Made by a program: the position numbers and the translations under genes. Of a DNA stretch of 64,000 nucleotides, positions 26,661-39,237 are shown piece by piece. The notes beneath the pieces were generated by a model. The model saw only the letters and a list, made by a program, of their open reading frames with translations, did no database searches and was not told the DNA's origin. Positions within the stretch are counted from its first letter, which is position 1. Each line of letters begins with the position of its first letter. Source of the DNA: Octopus vulgaris (taxonomy: Eukaryota); contig OX597815.1 of NCBI GenBank assembly GCA_951406725.2, positions 109,740,001 to 109,804,000 on the forward strand, given 5' to 3'.

Positions 26661-28730
26661 TTATTTGCCACAATGGCGAAAGTTGGGGGTGGGGGTAGCG
26701 GGGGTGTACAATACAAAGACAGACATAAAGTGTGGGGGTTTACATATGAAATTATAAAAGAAAAATACAAGATATACGCAGAAAAAGAGACATATCTATA
26801 GCATACAGAGGTTAAAAAAACAGTGGCGGAGAGGATGATAGAGATGTGGCACTCCTGATACAGGAAGGCCTCTAGGGATAATCGAGGAACCCCACTGTCC
26901 GAGATTTCCCTGAAACCCTTGGAGCAAGTGCCCGCTCCAATTCCTTCTCTACACTTAGAGAGGTACCGTCCACCCTTGCCATTTTCGCAACTTTCACTCA
27001 TCTTTCAATAAACTCACTCGAGGAAAGCACTTGCCTCTCTACTCTCAATTTCCTTTTCGGGTGAAACTTGAAGAAGTCAATGAGGGCTCTACCAAAGCGG
27101 AATGTGTCTGTCCTCATGGCTTTCAGCCTTGTCCACCAAACAACCTCCTTCGCTACAGCCACCAGGCAAAGGAAAACTGCCTTGCCTGCTCGATTGAAGG
27201 AGCGCGGCAGTGCAATCATCGATACAGACTCGACCGGCAGACGTATCCGTCCCACACATAACAGCAGCTGTTCGACATACCCCACATTACCCGGACACTG
27301 AACGAGTGCGTGCAAAATGGCTTCGTCACTCTGCGTGCACCCCAGAAAAGTCCGTCTGACAGCACATCAGAGCCTGTAGATTTTATCTCAAACTGGTAGA
27401 GCCCCACTCCCACGCCCTGGTAACACTGCTACACCAATGCCAACTGGAAATTATCTATGATAGGTCCCGACCGGAAAGTCCTCCGGAACCGTCTAGCCAG
27501 TATGTTTTCGTTGCTCAGAATCTCCCCGAGAACGTCGTCGCACTTTCCCGTTACTAATTCTCTATAAATTTCTGAAGCCGAACATCAACCGAGCCTATTG
27601 CCCGACTTATAGAACGCTGTGAGCATCTGACAACATTCTAGGTGCTAGGCGTCCAGTCTCGGTCTTTTCTTCACCCAGACTGCAACACCGGGAAGGAGAC
27701 GAGCTATGGAAAGACGAGCCTCACAAACGGAGCCCACACACGCTCGAAATCGTTGCAGGAGGTGTAACCTAAAAGCGTGTCTGCGCATTAGGAGCCACGG
27801 AATGCTTAATCCGTTACTCAGAGGATGCTGGCAACAGACTAACCACCTAACCATTTGAACGCGTCCTTTCCGCAAGAATTTAAATAAGAGACGCTCCCAC
27901 CTGGTCAAGCAATAACCGGGACAAGGCACAACGATATCAGACGATAAATGATAACGGAGGCGATGTAAGCATTCGCCAACTCTACCGGACCTTACAGGGC
28001 CAGCTTCATCTCAGTCCATTTTGGGGTAAGACTGGCCACCTTGTCCCAGTTCTCATCGACCCTTAGCAGTTTAATTGGTCTGATGGTATCGTGATGCCTC
28101 TCCAGGAGGACAACCGCAAAACCACCGATTTGTCGGCGTTGATTTTAGCCCCTGCAATCAACTCATATTCCTTTATGATGATGCCAACCGTCTCCAATTC
28201 GGAGATGTCCAATATCATATCGGTGACGTCGTCCGCTTATGCTGACACTGCCCTTCCTTGGCTCGAGTGCCAATACATACAGGTGACAGTGTACAGCCCT
28301 GACGGATCGAGCATGCGATGCCAAACGGATCCGATTGGTGGTCACTTACTTTAACCACTGCACAGGTGCCGCTGTGCATTGCAGCGATTCTACCTCTGAA
28401 AATACGTCCGAAACCACCTGCTTTCAGGACGGCTTCCAAGTAGCGATGGTCAACCTTATCGAATGCTTTTGCATGATTCAAATTAATCAGAGCACCCTCG
28501 AAGCCGGCTTTGGTCCCAGCCCTTTCTTTGGTGTATCGCATAAGGTGAAGGTAGTCGTGGATAGACCTACTCAGGAATGCGCACATTTGCACTTCTCCGA
28601 CCTGGCAATCTACGACAAACGCCAGCCTTTTCGCTAATAAAGACTTCTTAAGGCAACTGGAAATCCCATGCAAGATTGATGTCTTGCAACAAGCAGCGTT
28701 ATTAGGCTCAGCGCACATCTTAAGAAAAGT
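26660..28730 (-). mobile_element. L1/Tx1-like LINE relic
   Basis: LINLNHAKAFDKVDHRYL, SIRQGC.LSP, AYADD (28226-28240), C-terminal HALVQC zinc knuckle; many frameshifts; GC-richer than flanks. Confidence 0.8.
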
Positions 28731-28829
28731 ATTATCTATCTGAGGTCCTTGTTGTGACTTGACGGATGACTAAAGACTCCGGTGCTTATTTTACCTACAC
28801 TGTGTTACAAAGGAATAATAATAATAATC

Positions 28830-29025
28830 TGATATAGGTACAAGGACTGAAATTTGGGGGAGGAAACACGTCGATTGCAGAATTCAACTGGTACTTAATT
28901 TATCAACCACGAAGGGATAAAAGACAAAGTCTACGTCGTCGGTATTTGAACTCAGAACGCGAAGACAGACGAAATGCCGCTAAGCATACCGCCTTGCGTG
29001 CTAACGATTCTGCCAGCTTGCCGCC
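28830..29025 (-). mobile_element. SINE family A
   Basis: Head …CGATTCTGCCAGCTTGCCGCC followed by AATAAT. Confidence 0.75.
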
Positions 29026-29597
29026 AATAATAAAAATAGTATCAATGGAAAAATTTAACGTAACGTTAAACAGCAGTTTCAATTTCAAAATAATGAAAGC
29101 AAAAAGAGGAAAATAATAACTAAATTATCTGACGCCATAACCTCTCCTTGACTAATCCTGATAATCTTCTATGTAATTTTAAAGTGAAAGAAAATTTCCC
29201 TTTAGCCAGCTATCGCCGATAACCAACGTAGTAACATAGGCTATAACTATATTGTTAAATCGCATATTTTCAATGGTACTACTAGCATTGTCACTAATTT
29301 TTAATGGTGCTCTTAAAATTCTCAAATTCGTTGACTAATATATGTTCAATTTGAAGGCTAAAATCCTTCCGTATGGCTAGGAATGGTCAATTATAAAATC
29401 TGCAAAATCGTAGAAGGAAATATTACAGTTTATGAACATGTGAAATTTTGGAGATAGCGAAAGCTCAACCAAATCATTTCTTAAACAAATATATGAAATG
29501 ATAATAGATTGTCATCTAAATTTTTTTTAAATCATGTTAAACAAAGAGATAAAAATATAAAAGAAAGTTAAGTTGCATTCCATGAAATATCACGATT

Positions 29598-29882
29598 GAA
29601 TAAGTACCAGTTATGCACTGGGGTGGATATAATCGACTTAATCCGTTTATGTGTCCTTGTTTGTCCCCTCCCCTCTGTGTGTAGCCCCTTGTGGGCAGTA
29701 AACAAATAGGTATTTCGTCTGTCTTTACGTTGTAAGTTCAAATTCCGCTGAGGTCGACTTTACCTTTCATTCTTTGGGGGGTGGTCGATAAATTAAGTAC
29801 CAGTTGCATACTGAGGTCGATCTAATTGACTGGTCCCCTCCCCCAAAATTTCGGGCCTTGTGCCTAGAGTAGAAAAGATTAT
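29598..29882 (+). mobile_element. SINE family A dimeric form, 5'-truncated
   Basis: Matches 46760-46980 plus the GGCCTTGTGCCTAGAGTAGAAAAGATT end. Confidence 0.8.
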
Positions 29883-30121
29883 TTGTTTACAAAATAAATA
29901 TAAGATAAAAAAAAATTGTCAACTTTTATTATATTCATTATATATATTGTTTCTGGTATAAATTCATATTACTAAGAAATATTACCGGTCCCCGGTACGC
30001 CACATCAGATAGTTTGACGAGCATTGCTCTGCATGACACCTTGGTTATGCATTCTCTACTATATTCTCGAGTCGACCAAACCGTGTGAGTGGATTTGGTT
30101 GACGGAAAATGAAAGCCCGTC

Positions 30122-30189
<68 letters not shown>

Positions 30190-30199
30190 TCTTGTTTTT

Positions 30200-30585
30200 C
30201 CTATATTCATCTCAGTCATTTGACTGCAGCCATGCTGGAGCACCGTCTTTAGTCGAACAAATGGACCCCAGGACTTATTCTTTGGAAGACTAGTACTTAT
30301 TCTTTCTGTTTCTTTTACCGAACCACTAAGTTACATGGACGTAAATACACCATCATCGGTTATCAAGCGATGGTGGGGGACAAACACAGACACACACACA
30401 CACATATATATATATTCCACGAGCTTCTTTCAGTTTCCGTTTACCAAATCCACTCACAAGGCTTTGGTCAGCCCGAGGCTATAGTAGAAGATACATTTGC
30501 CCAAGGTGCCACGCACTGGGACAGTGGGACTGAACCCGGAACCATGTGACTGTCAAGCAAGCTACTTACCACACAGCTACTCCTA
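30200..30585 (-). mobile_element. SINE family B
   Basis: Reverse complement of 41158-41572; an opposite-orientation fragment lies at 30025-30125. Confidence 0.85.
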
Positions 30586-31403
30586 TATATACATATAGAA
30601 AAACAATGTCACACAAATATAAATACAATAAAAATAATAACAGAACATAACAGGTGTCTTTCGACTAAAGAGTTCAGCTTTATGGCGTATCGTCAGTTCC
30701 CAAAAACCTGTTGGCTCATAAATCTAAACCCTTTATGGATGGAAAACCTAAGTTAGTCCCATAAACCGGCCTTCCCCATTTTAATATATATATAAATATA
30801 TATATGTATGTATGTATGTTTATGCAAATGTATATAGCCATGCATGTAAGCATGAATGTTTGTAAACGTATGAGTTTGCATACACACACATGCAGACATA
30901 GATGTGTGCTATGTGTATTTATTTATGTATGCGTGTACGTGCGATGCCTGGGCGGTGAAATCTCTTACAAGACACACGAAACGAATCGGGGAAATTGGAA
31001 TCCACCCTCAGATATAAAAGAAAATATTCAACCATAGCCAACAACTGGTCCACTAAATAGCCCATGCATAGCTTAAAAATCCCTCCCCTTTGTCAGCTCC
31101 CAACAGAATACAGTAACCCCTCCTTCATGGTTTGCATGGAGTAACAGTTCAATTAAAAAAAAAAGACCTACTGACACATTATCATGTAATTAGATATGAT
31201 AATGACCGGTGTAATCAAGCCAGCATATGCTAAATGTGATTAATTAGTAAACATATTTAGCACAATGAATTTGTCAATGCTTTATTGCTGACTTGAGAAA
31301 GGGCTGGGCGCATAATTAGATAGTCGAAGCACTCCCTATTAGAGCGGAAATATTTAGACTCTACAGTGAAATTAGGTTACATTTAATATTTTAGTATATT
31401 CAA

Positions 31404-31622
31404 TGGCGGCAAGCTGACAGAATCGTTAGCATGCCGGGCGAAATGCTTAGCGGCATTTCATTCGTTTTTATGTTCTGAGTTCAAATTTCACCGAGGTCGA
31501 GTTTACCTTTCATCCTTTCGGGGGTGGATAAAAAGAGCACCAGATGAACACTTAGGTCGCCGTAGTCAACTTACCTCTCCTCCGTACTTGCTGGCCTTGT
31601 GCTCCAATTCGAAACCAGTATT
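31404..31622 (+). mobile_element. SINE family A
   Basis: GGCGGCAAGCTGACAGAATCGTTAGC…GAGTTCAAATTTC…CATCCTTTCGGGG. Confidence 0.85.
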
Positions 31623-32396
31623 ATAAGATATTCAATTGTACCAAGACAGTACGTGTTATTTGGCTGAGTTTTAGAACAGTTTGAATTATTGTCTTCATTT
31701 ATTTTTATCTATAGTTGCATGAAGCATTGATAAATGTACATGTTAATTACTTTTTTAAGTCAAAGCAATGTAAGTTATAAAGATTAATATCATATGTCGT
31801 TGGCTTATATTTTAATTTGGTTATCATCAAACTATGTTATCAATTTTTATAACTAACATTATGTTGACTTTAAAAAAATAATAACAGACATTATTTATTT
31901 TTATATTTTATAAAAATTGGACGATAAAATATACTGTTTCTTATTGATCAACCCTAGGCTAGCAGCATACCTGATCCAGCTGTCTTCTGGCCGAATACGT
32001 TAAAGCCATCATTAACTCGATCTTCTCTTTATAGACTCTGGGCATCAGTCAATATTTTCTCCATTTTTAAAAATGTTAGATTATGATTTAAGAATTTAAC
32101 TGCTCTTTCGACAAAGAAGTGACAAATCGACATAGGAATCTCAATGTGACCTCTCGAAACGCTAGAGGTAGCAGTCAAATTGCCATCAAATTATATTGTA
32201 TTATCTTAGAAAAAGAACAAATTTGTCTCTCAAATGCTCTGATCTTTGGATCTTATATATGTATATATACTGTACTGGAAGCACGACTGCTTTAGTTTTA
32301 TATTAGTCTGTGTAAGTGTGTGTGTGTGTGCGCGCGCGGTTAAAAGATATGATAAACAGAAGTCTATATCATTGGTTCCTTACCACACCACTATAG

Positions 32397-32497
<101 letters not shown>

Positions 32498-32563
32498 TTT
32501 CATACTTTGATATGAGATCCTTGCAGCTTGTTTGGAACTTGGAACAGTAGCACTCGTACATTC

Positions 32564-32702
32564 TTTACATTATTTACATTCGACGATATTTGTCCTCATC
32601 TTTGTTGTTAACACAGCCTTTCAGCTGATATACCCTCCAACCTTCATCAGGTGTCTTGGGGATATTTCCAATCTGGGTTCTCATTCCTAAGGTATTTTTC
32701 GA

Positions 32703-32780
<78 letters not shown>

Positions 32781-32917
32781 AGTCAAATAATAATAACATC
32801 GAAAGATACCTAAGCAATTTTTGTGCTAACAACAGACAAGATGAGGACAAATATCCGTCAAATGTTATAATGTAAATAATGTACATAATTTCTATCTCTT
32901 AAATATAGAACTGTATT
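32564..32917. mobile_element. non-autonomous fold-back mini-element with hammerhead-like motif (PLE-derived?)
   Basis: 12-bp direct repeat ACTCGTACATTC at 32552-32563 and 32918-32929; inverted arms 32566-32615 vs 32822-32884 and 32684-32710 vs 32785-32815 around (ATT)n; minus-strand GACAC-CTGATGA-AGGTTG..CAGCT-GAAAGGCT-GTGTT at 32610-32655. Confidence 0.7.
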
Positions 32918-33469
32918 ACTCGTACATTCATCAACATCTCTTCTATACCTTTATAAACACCTTGCCGTGTATTGCTTTATTGTAAGAGTGCAATGCCTGC
33001 TTAGCATTACAAAATCCACAATATCCTATCGATATATATTCTATATGCAAAGCAAGTCATATACCAGAGACGTGAACGGGTTCTGTTAAGTAAATAAAAA
33101 AAAAGCGGAAATTCAAGTATATTTACTTTAGAAGTATAAAGACGCACCATGTTTTCAGACATTTTAAATATGCTCTAATATATTTTTGGCATCTGTCGGT
33201 TAAATAACGGACTGAAGATTTTATACTGTAGACACCCTATTTCGCTCCACATTTCAGACTCTGTAATTATTCTCGTAATCAATTTTGGTCCTCTAGACAG
33301 ATAACTTAACCTAGCCACCGGCAAGATTTCAATCTCGAGACAGAATTTCAACACAACGCACAAAGAATTGGATATGATACTGCAAGACGCTCTAAAACAT
33401 TTCGCCAGTACACCAACATCTCTTACAGAAATTTTGCAACTTTATTCCGGCTTTTAAAATTAAATATGC

Positions 33470-33597
33470 TTTTATCCTTTACTTGTTTCAGTCATTTGAC
33501 TGCGGCCATGCTGGGGTACCGCCTTGATATTAGTCGAACAAATCGACCCTAGGACTTATTTTTAAATCCTCTTACAACACAGCCACGACTGCGCCTA
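33470..33597 (-). mobile_element. SINE family B, internally deleted
   Basis: Tail joined directly to head CACAGCCACGACTGCGCC. Confidence 0.7.
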
Positions 33598-33824
33598 TTA
33601 TGCAGATTTTATATATTTAACAAATATATTGAATATATTTATACTACCAAACATACACTGGACTGAAATTGCTAATGACAGGTCTCTTGCATAAAGATTC
33701 TCATTTTGTTAGTTTAAACGTGTGGTTCTCAACCACGGTCCATATGATCCATGGGGTTCCACGCAAGGAAAATAGTAAATTGAGGATACCCAACAGAAAT
33801 TGTAAGGGTTCCACGAGAAATGTT

Positions 33825-33965
33825 TAGAGTGTTTGGATGTCAATCTGAAGATAGTGCAGGGGATTCGGAAAGAGTTGGATGAGTCTAATGGTGACTACGA
33901 AGGTATGGCAGCTCGGAAAACTCACTCTGATCGTTCTGATAAGAAAAGAACTGCGACGGTGGGAG
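33825..33965 (+). mobile_element. possible Tc1/mariner-group transposase N-terminal fragment
   Basis: IVQGIRKELDESNGDYEGMAARKTHSDRSDKKRT resembles an HTH/basic linker (from recall only). Confidence 0.3.
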
Positions 33966-34012
33966 GACACAGAGATACACAAATACATACATACATATAT
34001 GTGTGTGTGTGT

Positions 34013-34048
<36 letters not shown>

Positions 34049-34735
34049 CAAATGAAAGACAGAAGACGGAATTTACGAGAATTTCGTTTTATCATCCATT
34101 ATAGATCTATATATGTATCGTATAACTTTGTTTAAGAAGAGACAAAATTCAGATAATCATCCTATTGTGATGATTTACATTAACATAATAAATACATATA
34201 ACACAATAAATACACCAAGACAAGGAACATATCAATATATTATTTAGAATAGAAATAAGAAATACATAGGTAAAAATATATGTGAAAGGGATATATAAAT
34301 AAAGAGTGATATATCGATTAAAAATCATATTAAATTTAAGATTAGAAAGCGTTGACTTAGGGATTAAAACTTGTAAGATGTACCGGTGGTAGTGAGAAAT
34401 CTTAATGAGTAGAGAAGTTACAAAGAAATGTTTATAGAGGGTTATAACGTCATATATGAAGTAATTCGACGATTGTTTCTGGGGTCCATTAGTCAACACG
34501 GTATGAATCCTTCAGTTTCACACTGATAATGTCCCCTTCATCAGGAATAAGTAAATGGATAATTAAGTTTGTAGAAATGTAAGAGAAAAGAAAATTTTAG
34601 GTTACATTAGGTTAGTCATCGGATATATTCTGTCAGATACTAACCGCTTTTACGATGATTCACGCTTATATACGAAAGGAAATTTCTAGTGTAGGATGAT
34701 GGGAGCATTTCTTTTTTAAATGATGATGATGGTGG

Positions 34736-34769
<34 letters not shown>

Positions 34770-35011
34770 GAAGGAGAGAGAAGAAAAGGAGAGAAAGAAA
34801 CGAACAGTAGCGGCAAGGAGGCATAATTGTCAGTAAGATATCGGAATCAGGAAATAAGAGGATAAAAGAGAAAAAGTACAGAGCAACAATATTATGTAAA
34901 ATGCCAGTTTGATGGCGATTCTACATGAAATAATTTTATTCCATTTGTTTCAATGTAGGTGTCTTTTGTTTTTGTATATATTTATCAGTCTCTCTCTCTC
35001 TCTTCCCCTTC

Positions 35012-35070
<59 letters not shown>

Positions 35071-35556
35071 ATTATCTATCTATCTGTCTGTCTGTCTATC
35101 TATCCATATACATAAATATATGTATATGGATAGATAGACAGACAGACAGATAGATAGATAGTTAGATACATAGATAGATAGATAGAGAGAGAGAGACTGA
35201 TAAATATATATGTACATATATATACATATATACATATATGTACATATATATATATATTATATATATATTAATATATATATGTACATACATATATATTAAT
35301 ATATATATATATATATGTACATACACACACACACACTCATATATATATATCATTTTATCTCTCCATATCGTTCTTTCTCTCTCTCTTTTTTCTCTCTCTC
35401 CCTCTGTTTCTCTCTCTCTCTGTTTCTCTCTCTCTCTCCCTCACTCACATATACACATACACAGACACTCACGCGCACACACACGTATATAATCTTGTGT
35501 GTTGTCTACTACTTAAATATGATCTCTGTTGTACATGCAAGAAATCCTCGACGTCG

Positions 35557-35917
35557 TCATCATCATCATGATCATCATTATGATCATCATCATCATCATT
35601 ATCCTCATCACCATCAGCCTCATCATCATCATGATAGTCATCATCATTATCATCATCATCATCATTCTGATCATCATCATCATCATCTTCATGCTATTTG
35701 TCTGTCTTGCCATTTTTATTCGCTATCATCATTATTTCTTGAGTTAGCCAATTAAGGCGTGTTATTGGAATCATTAATTGCAGTGATGCAATTATTGCAA
35801 AATACCAGCAAGCTAATTCTTTAGCAGAAAATTAGAAAGAAAAATATAACGCAATAGGAAAATTGTCCTCGTTTATATGTTATTATCATCATCATCATCA
35901 TCATCATCATCTTCATC

Positions 35918-35978
<61 letters not shown>

Positions 35979-35992
35979 GTATCATCATCATA
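35557..35992. repeat. two (CAT)n tracts flanking a unique segment
   Basis: 35557-35692 and 35883-35992. Confidence 0.9.
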
Positions 35993-36249
35993 ATTATGTC
36001 GTTATTTTAATATCTATTTCCGTTTTTCTTCTTTTTTCTTCTTCCTATTATTCTGTAATTCTTCCTTTAGTCTTTATATATTCCTAAAACACTTGGAGGT
36101 TTACGTCTCTTCTGCTTGCTATACGAACTCACTTTGCTATTGTATTGTTCTGACGAAAAGGTCCGTTTTTTTATTTTTAAACGAAAATAAGACACAAATT
36201 TTAAACACAACGCGATTCACTCAATCAACCGTTTCGTTCCAGTATCTTC

Positions 36250-37050
36250 TGCCATTTTCTAGGCAGATCCAGTATCTTCAGCTCAAAAAAGTTTGTCTTT
36301 ACTCGCGAAAAGTCTCCCTTGTCAAATTTTACTTTCTCTTCAGATTTGAAGGTCTATCCGCTCAATGAATTTTGAAATGATCGAAGCAGTTGCAAATCTA
36401 AAGGTGAATATGGAGGGAGCGATAAAACTTCTCAGTCAAGCCCCAATAATTTCTGCCTCGTCTCCAGAGAAACGTGCGGTCTGACATTGTCGTAATGAAG
36501 TACGAGGCTTTTACGATTAAAAAGTGCTGGACGCTTCTGGTCGATCATCGTGTCTAACTTGCTCAGCTTGTCACAGTAAACATCCTAACTGCTGGTTCCC
36601 TCCGTGAGAAGAAGCAGTAAAAGACGACAGCCTTCGAATCCCACCAAAATGAAAGTATAACCGAACTTATGTGAACCCCTGCTTTGGAGATTGTTTGTGG
36701 TGGTTCGCCGTGCTTCCTCCATTATCGTTTGTGCTTCACATTGTTATAGACGGTCTGTTTCGTCCCCTCTCGACATTCTCTTCAAAAAGATTATTGTTTT
36801 CTTCATGTTTCTACGACGAATGTCTGATGGAAATCCCTAGTATGAGGTTAACGTCATTAAATAGCGACAGCTGACATAACAAAGTCAATGCAGATGGTTT
36901 TCAACATTCGATTTTGATAGCTGGGAAATATCTGCAATCATTCTGATGGTAAAACGGGGATTGGTGTCGCAGTTAGCCTCAGTTGGCCGGTCAAAGCGAG
37001 ATACATCTTGAACCAAAATATTTCCCACACACACACACACAAACCATCCC
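36250..37050 (-). pseudogene. mariner transposase relic
   Basis: Minus strand GDE..VYNN, LSFWWD, LHYDNVRPHVS and LPPYSP match the mariner TGDEKW / HDNARPH / HPPYSPDL motifs; heavily decayed. Confidence 0.7.
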
Positions 37051-37384
37051 GTCATGAGATTTGTTCTCTTTATAAATTACATTTAACAAAATCTTAACCG
37101 TTTACTTTACAGCTAATTAATATTCATATTCTCCAGGTTTTTCTTAGATAGATCTTAGTAACATTCTTAAATGGTAGTGGTGTGGCCACTGCCAATCCTC
37201 ATAGTAACTACTATCTTCATGAATATAGACAAAGCATTCCAGCAGTGACAATTCCGACCTATTTTTTCAGACATATTGTTTATCGGTCTTATTTAAATTG
37301 TCCTTCCAGTTTTTCCAAATGGTTAAAACATTATTATACACTATGAAAGGAAGGACAATATATGTATTTCTTATATACATAATA

Positions 37385-37690
37385 ATCCTTTCTAATATAG
37401 GCATAAGGCCTGAAATTTTGTGGAAGGGGGACAAGTCGATTACATCCACCCCAGTGCACGATCGGTACTTATTCTATTGACCGCGAAAGAATGAAAGACA
37501 AAGTCAGAGCGTACGGATAGACGAAATACCTATTTCTTTACTACTCACAAGGGGCTAAACACAGAGAGGACAAACAAGGAAAGACAAACGGATTAAGTCG
37601 ATTATATCAACCCCAGTGCGTAACTGGTACTTAATTTATCGACCCCGAAAGGATAAAAGGTAAAGTCGACCTCGGCGGAATTTGAACACG
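37385..37690 (-). mobile_element. SINE family A dimeric form
   Basis: Same layout as 23530-23838. Confidence 0.8.
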
Positions 37691-39189
37691 ATAATGCTGT
37701 ACACGATAATGACAAAAACAGAAGCATGTTGTTTAAAATTGATTGTGATAATTTGAATAGCCGGATAGAGAGATTGTGAATTGTACGTTTAGTGTTGTTA
37801 ATGTTGTTTTCTTTGAGTTGCAGTTGCTTGGCAAATTTTATAGAATTAAAAAATATTCTTTGTGAAAGAATTATTTCAGCCATGCTCTTCGATTCTGATT
37901 TCAAATCTATCTAAACTGCCTGTACCTTTCTTTCGTATCTCCGAGAACACTCTTTATATAGAATGAATAATATCATGTACCAGCACGTCCTCTGCTTTCA
38001 TTTTGAATATTGTGGTTCTTGGGACATACGATTGAGGCTTAAAGCTTCACCTGTTATTCAATTTGCTTTAGATACATATTCCATTAGAGTCTAACGACTG
38101 CATTCAACAACAGCATCCTTTCATCAACCCTATTCAACATCCTTATACTTTATCAGAGCCCAAACCATTTTCGTCTCGAGACAAATTTTCTGTTTTCATA
38201 TCTTAGCTGAACTATAATGATGCCTTCCGCTAAATTTTCAAATAACTTAGATGTTTTATATTTCTAAAGTTAAGACTACACTGATTCAAAACCATTGAGA
38301 GCCACTTCCCTCAGGAGCCTTCAAGAGTTTATAAATATAAAGTACTTCTCATCTACTTACTGAAAATAATCGAGCTTTCTATACATCTCAATACCAAATA
38401 CGCTACCAAATGGGTAACTTTATGCCGACGTTACGATCTACTACTACTACTACTACTACTACTAATACTAATACTACTGATACCACCACCACCAATACTA
38501 CTAGTACTACTACTACTGCTACAGCTACTGCTGCTGCTGCTATTACAACCACTACTAATCTATAACTCATGCAACTTTACAAAAGTGAATATTCCTTATA
38601 GAGAAATGCACACACTCAAACTACACGCACATACACACACACATACACACACACACACATACACACACAGATACACACGCACGCACACATACACATACAC
38701 ACACACACGCACACATACACATGCATACATTATGCAAAATCGGACTCGTACAAGCGTGCAACCACACATCATGGAAACACAAACATAACTTTGTGCGTGT
38801 AATATACATACACACGCACTCACATACATACATACACACACTCGCTCGCGTATATACGGATGTAGCTTTATATTCATTCTCTTCTTTTTGTAATAATAAT
38901 TTAGTTTTATTTTATTTTCTCTCTTTCTTTCTCATGTTTAAAACTGTACCGAATTCCAAACGATATACTTTACAATTCCAAATTGGGCTTAATTACGAAG
39001 TTGATAATTTCTATCTGAATTATCGCGGGAACCTGAAAAAGAAATAAAAATCTTATATATTCATTAAGCTGTGGAAACGCATTGATTGTTAGCTTTATAT
39101 TTTCCACATCAAATTTCCATTAATAAATAGGAAAGAGAGAGGGAGAGAGACAGACGGACAGAGAAAGATAAAGAGAGAGAGAGAGAGAG

Positions 39190-39237
<48 letters not shown>

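Noticed and set aside
33720-33815. hAT-like terminus GTGGTTCTCAACC
   Set aside because: No matching second TIR or 8-bp TSD found
35315-35755. 146-aa His-rich ORF
   Set aside because: Translation of (CT)n, (CA)n and (CAT)n microsatellites; no splice or homology support
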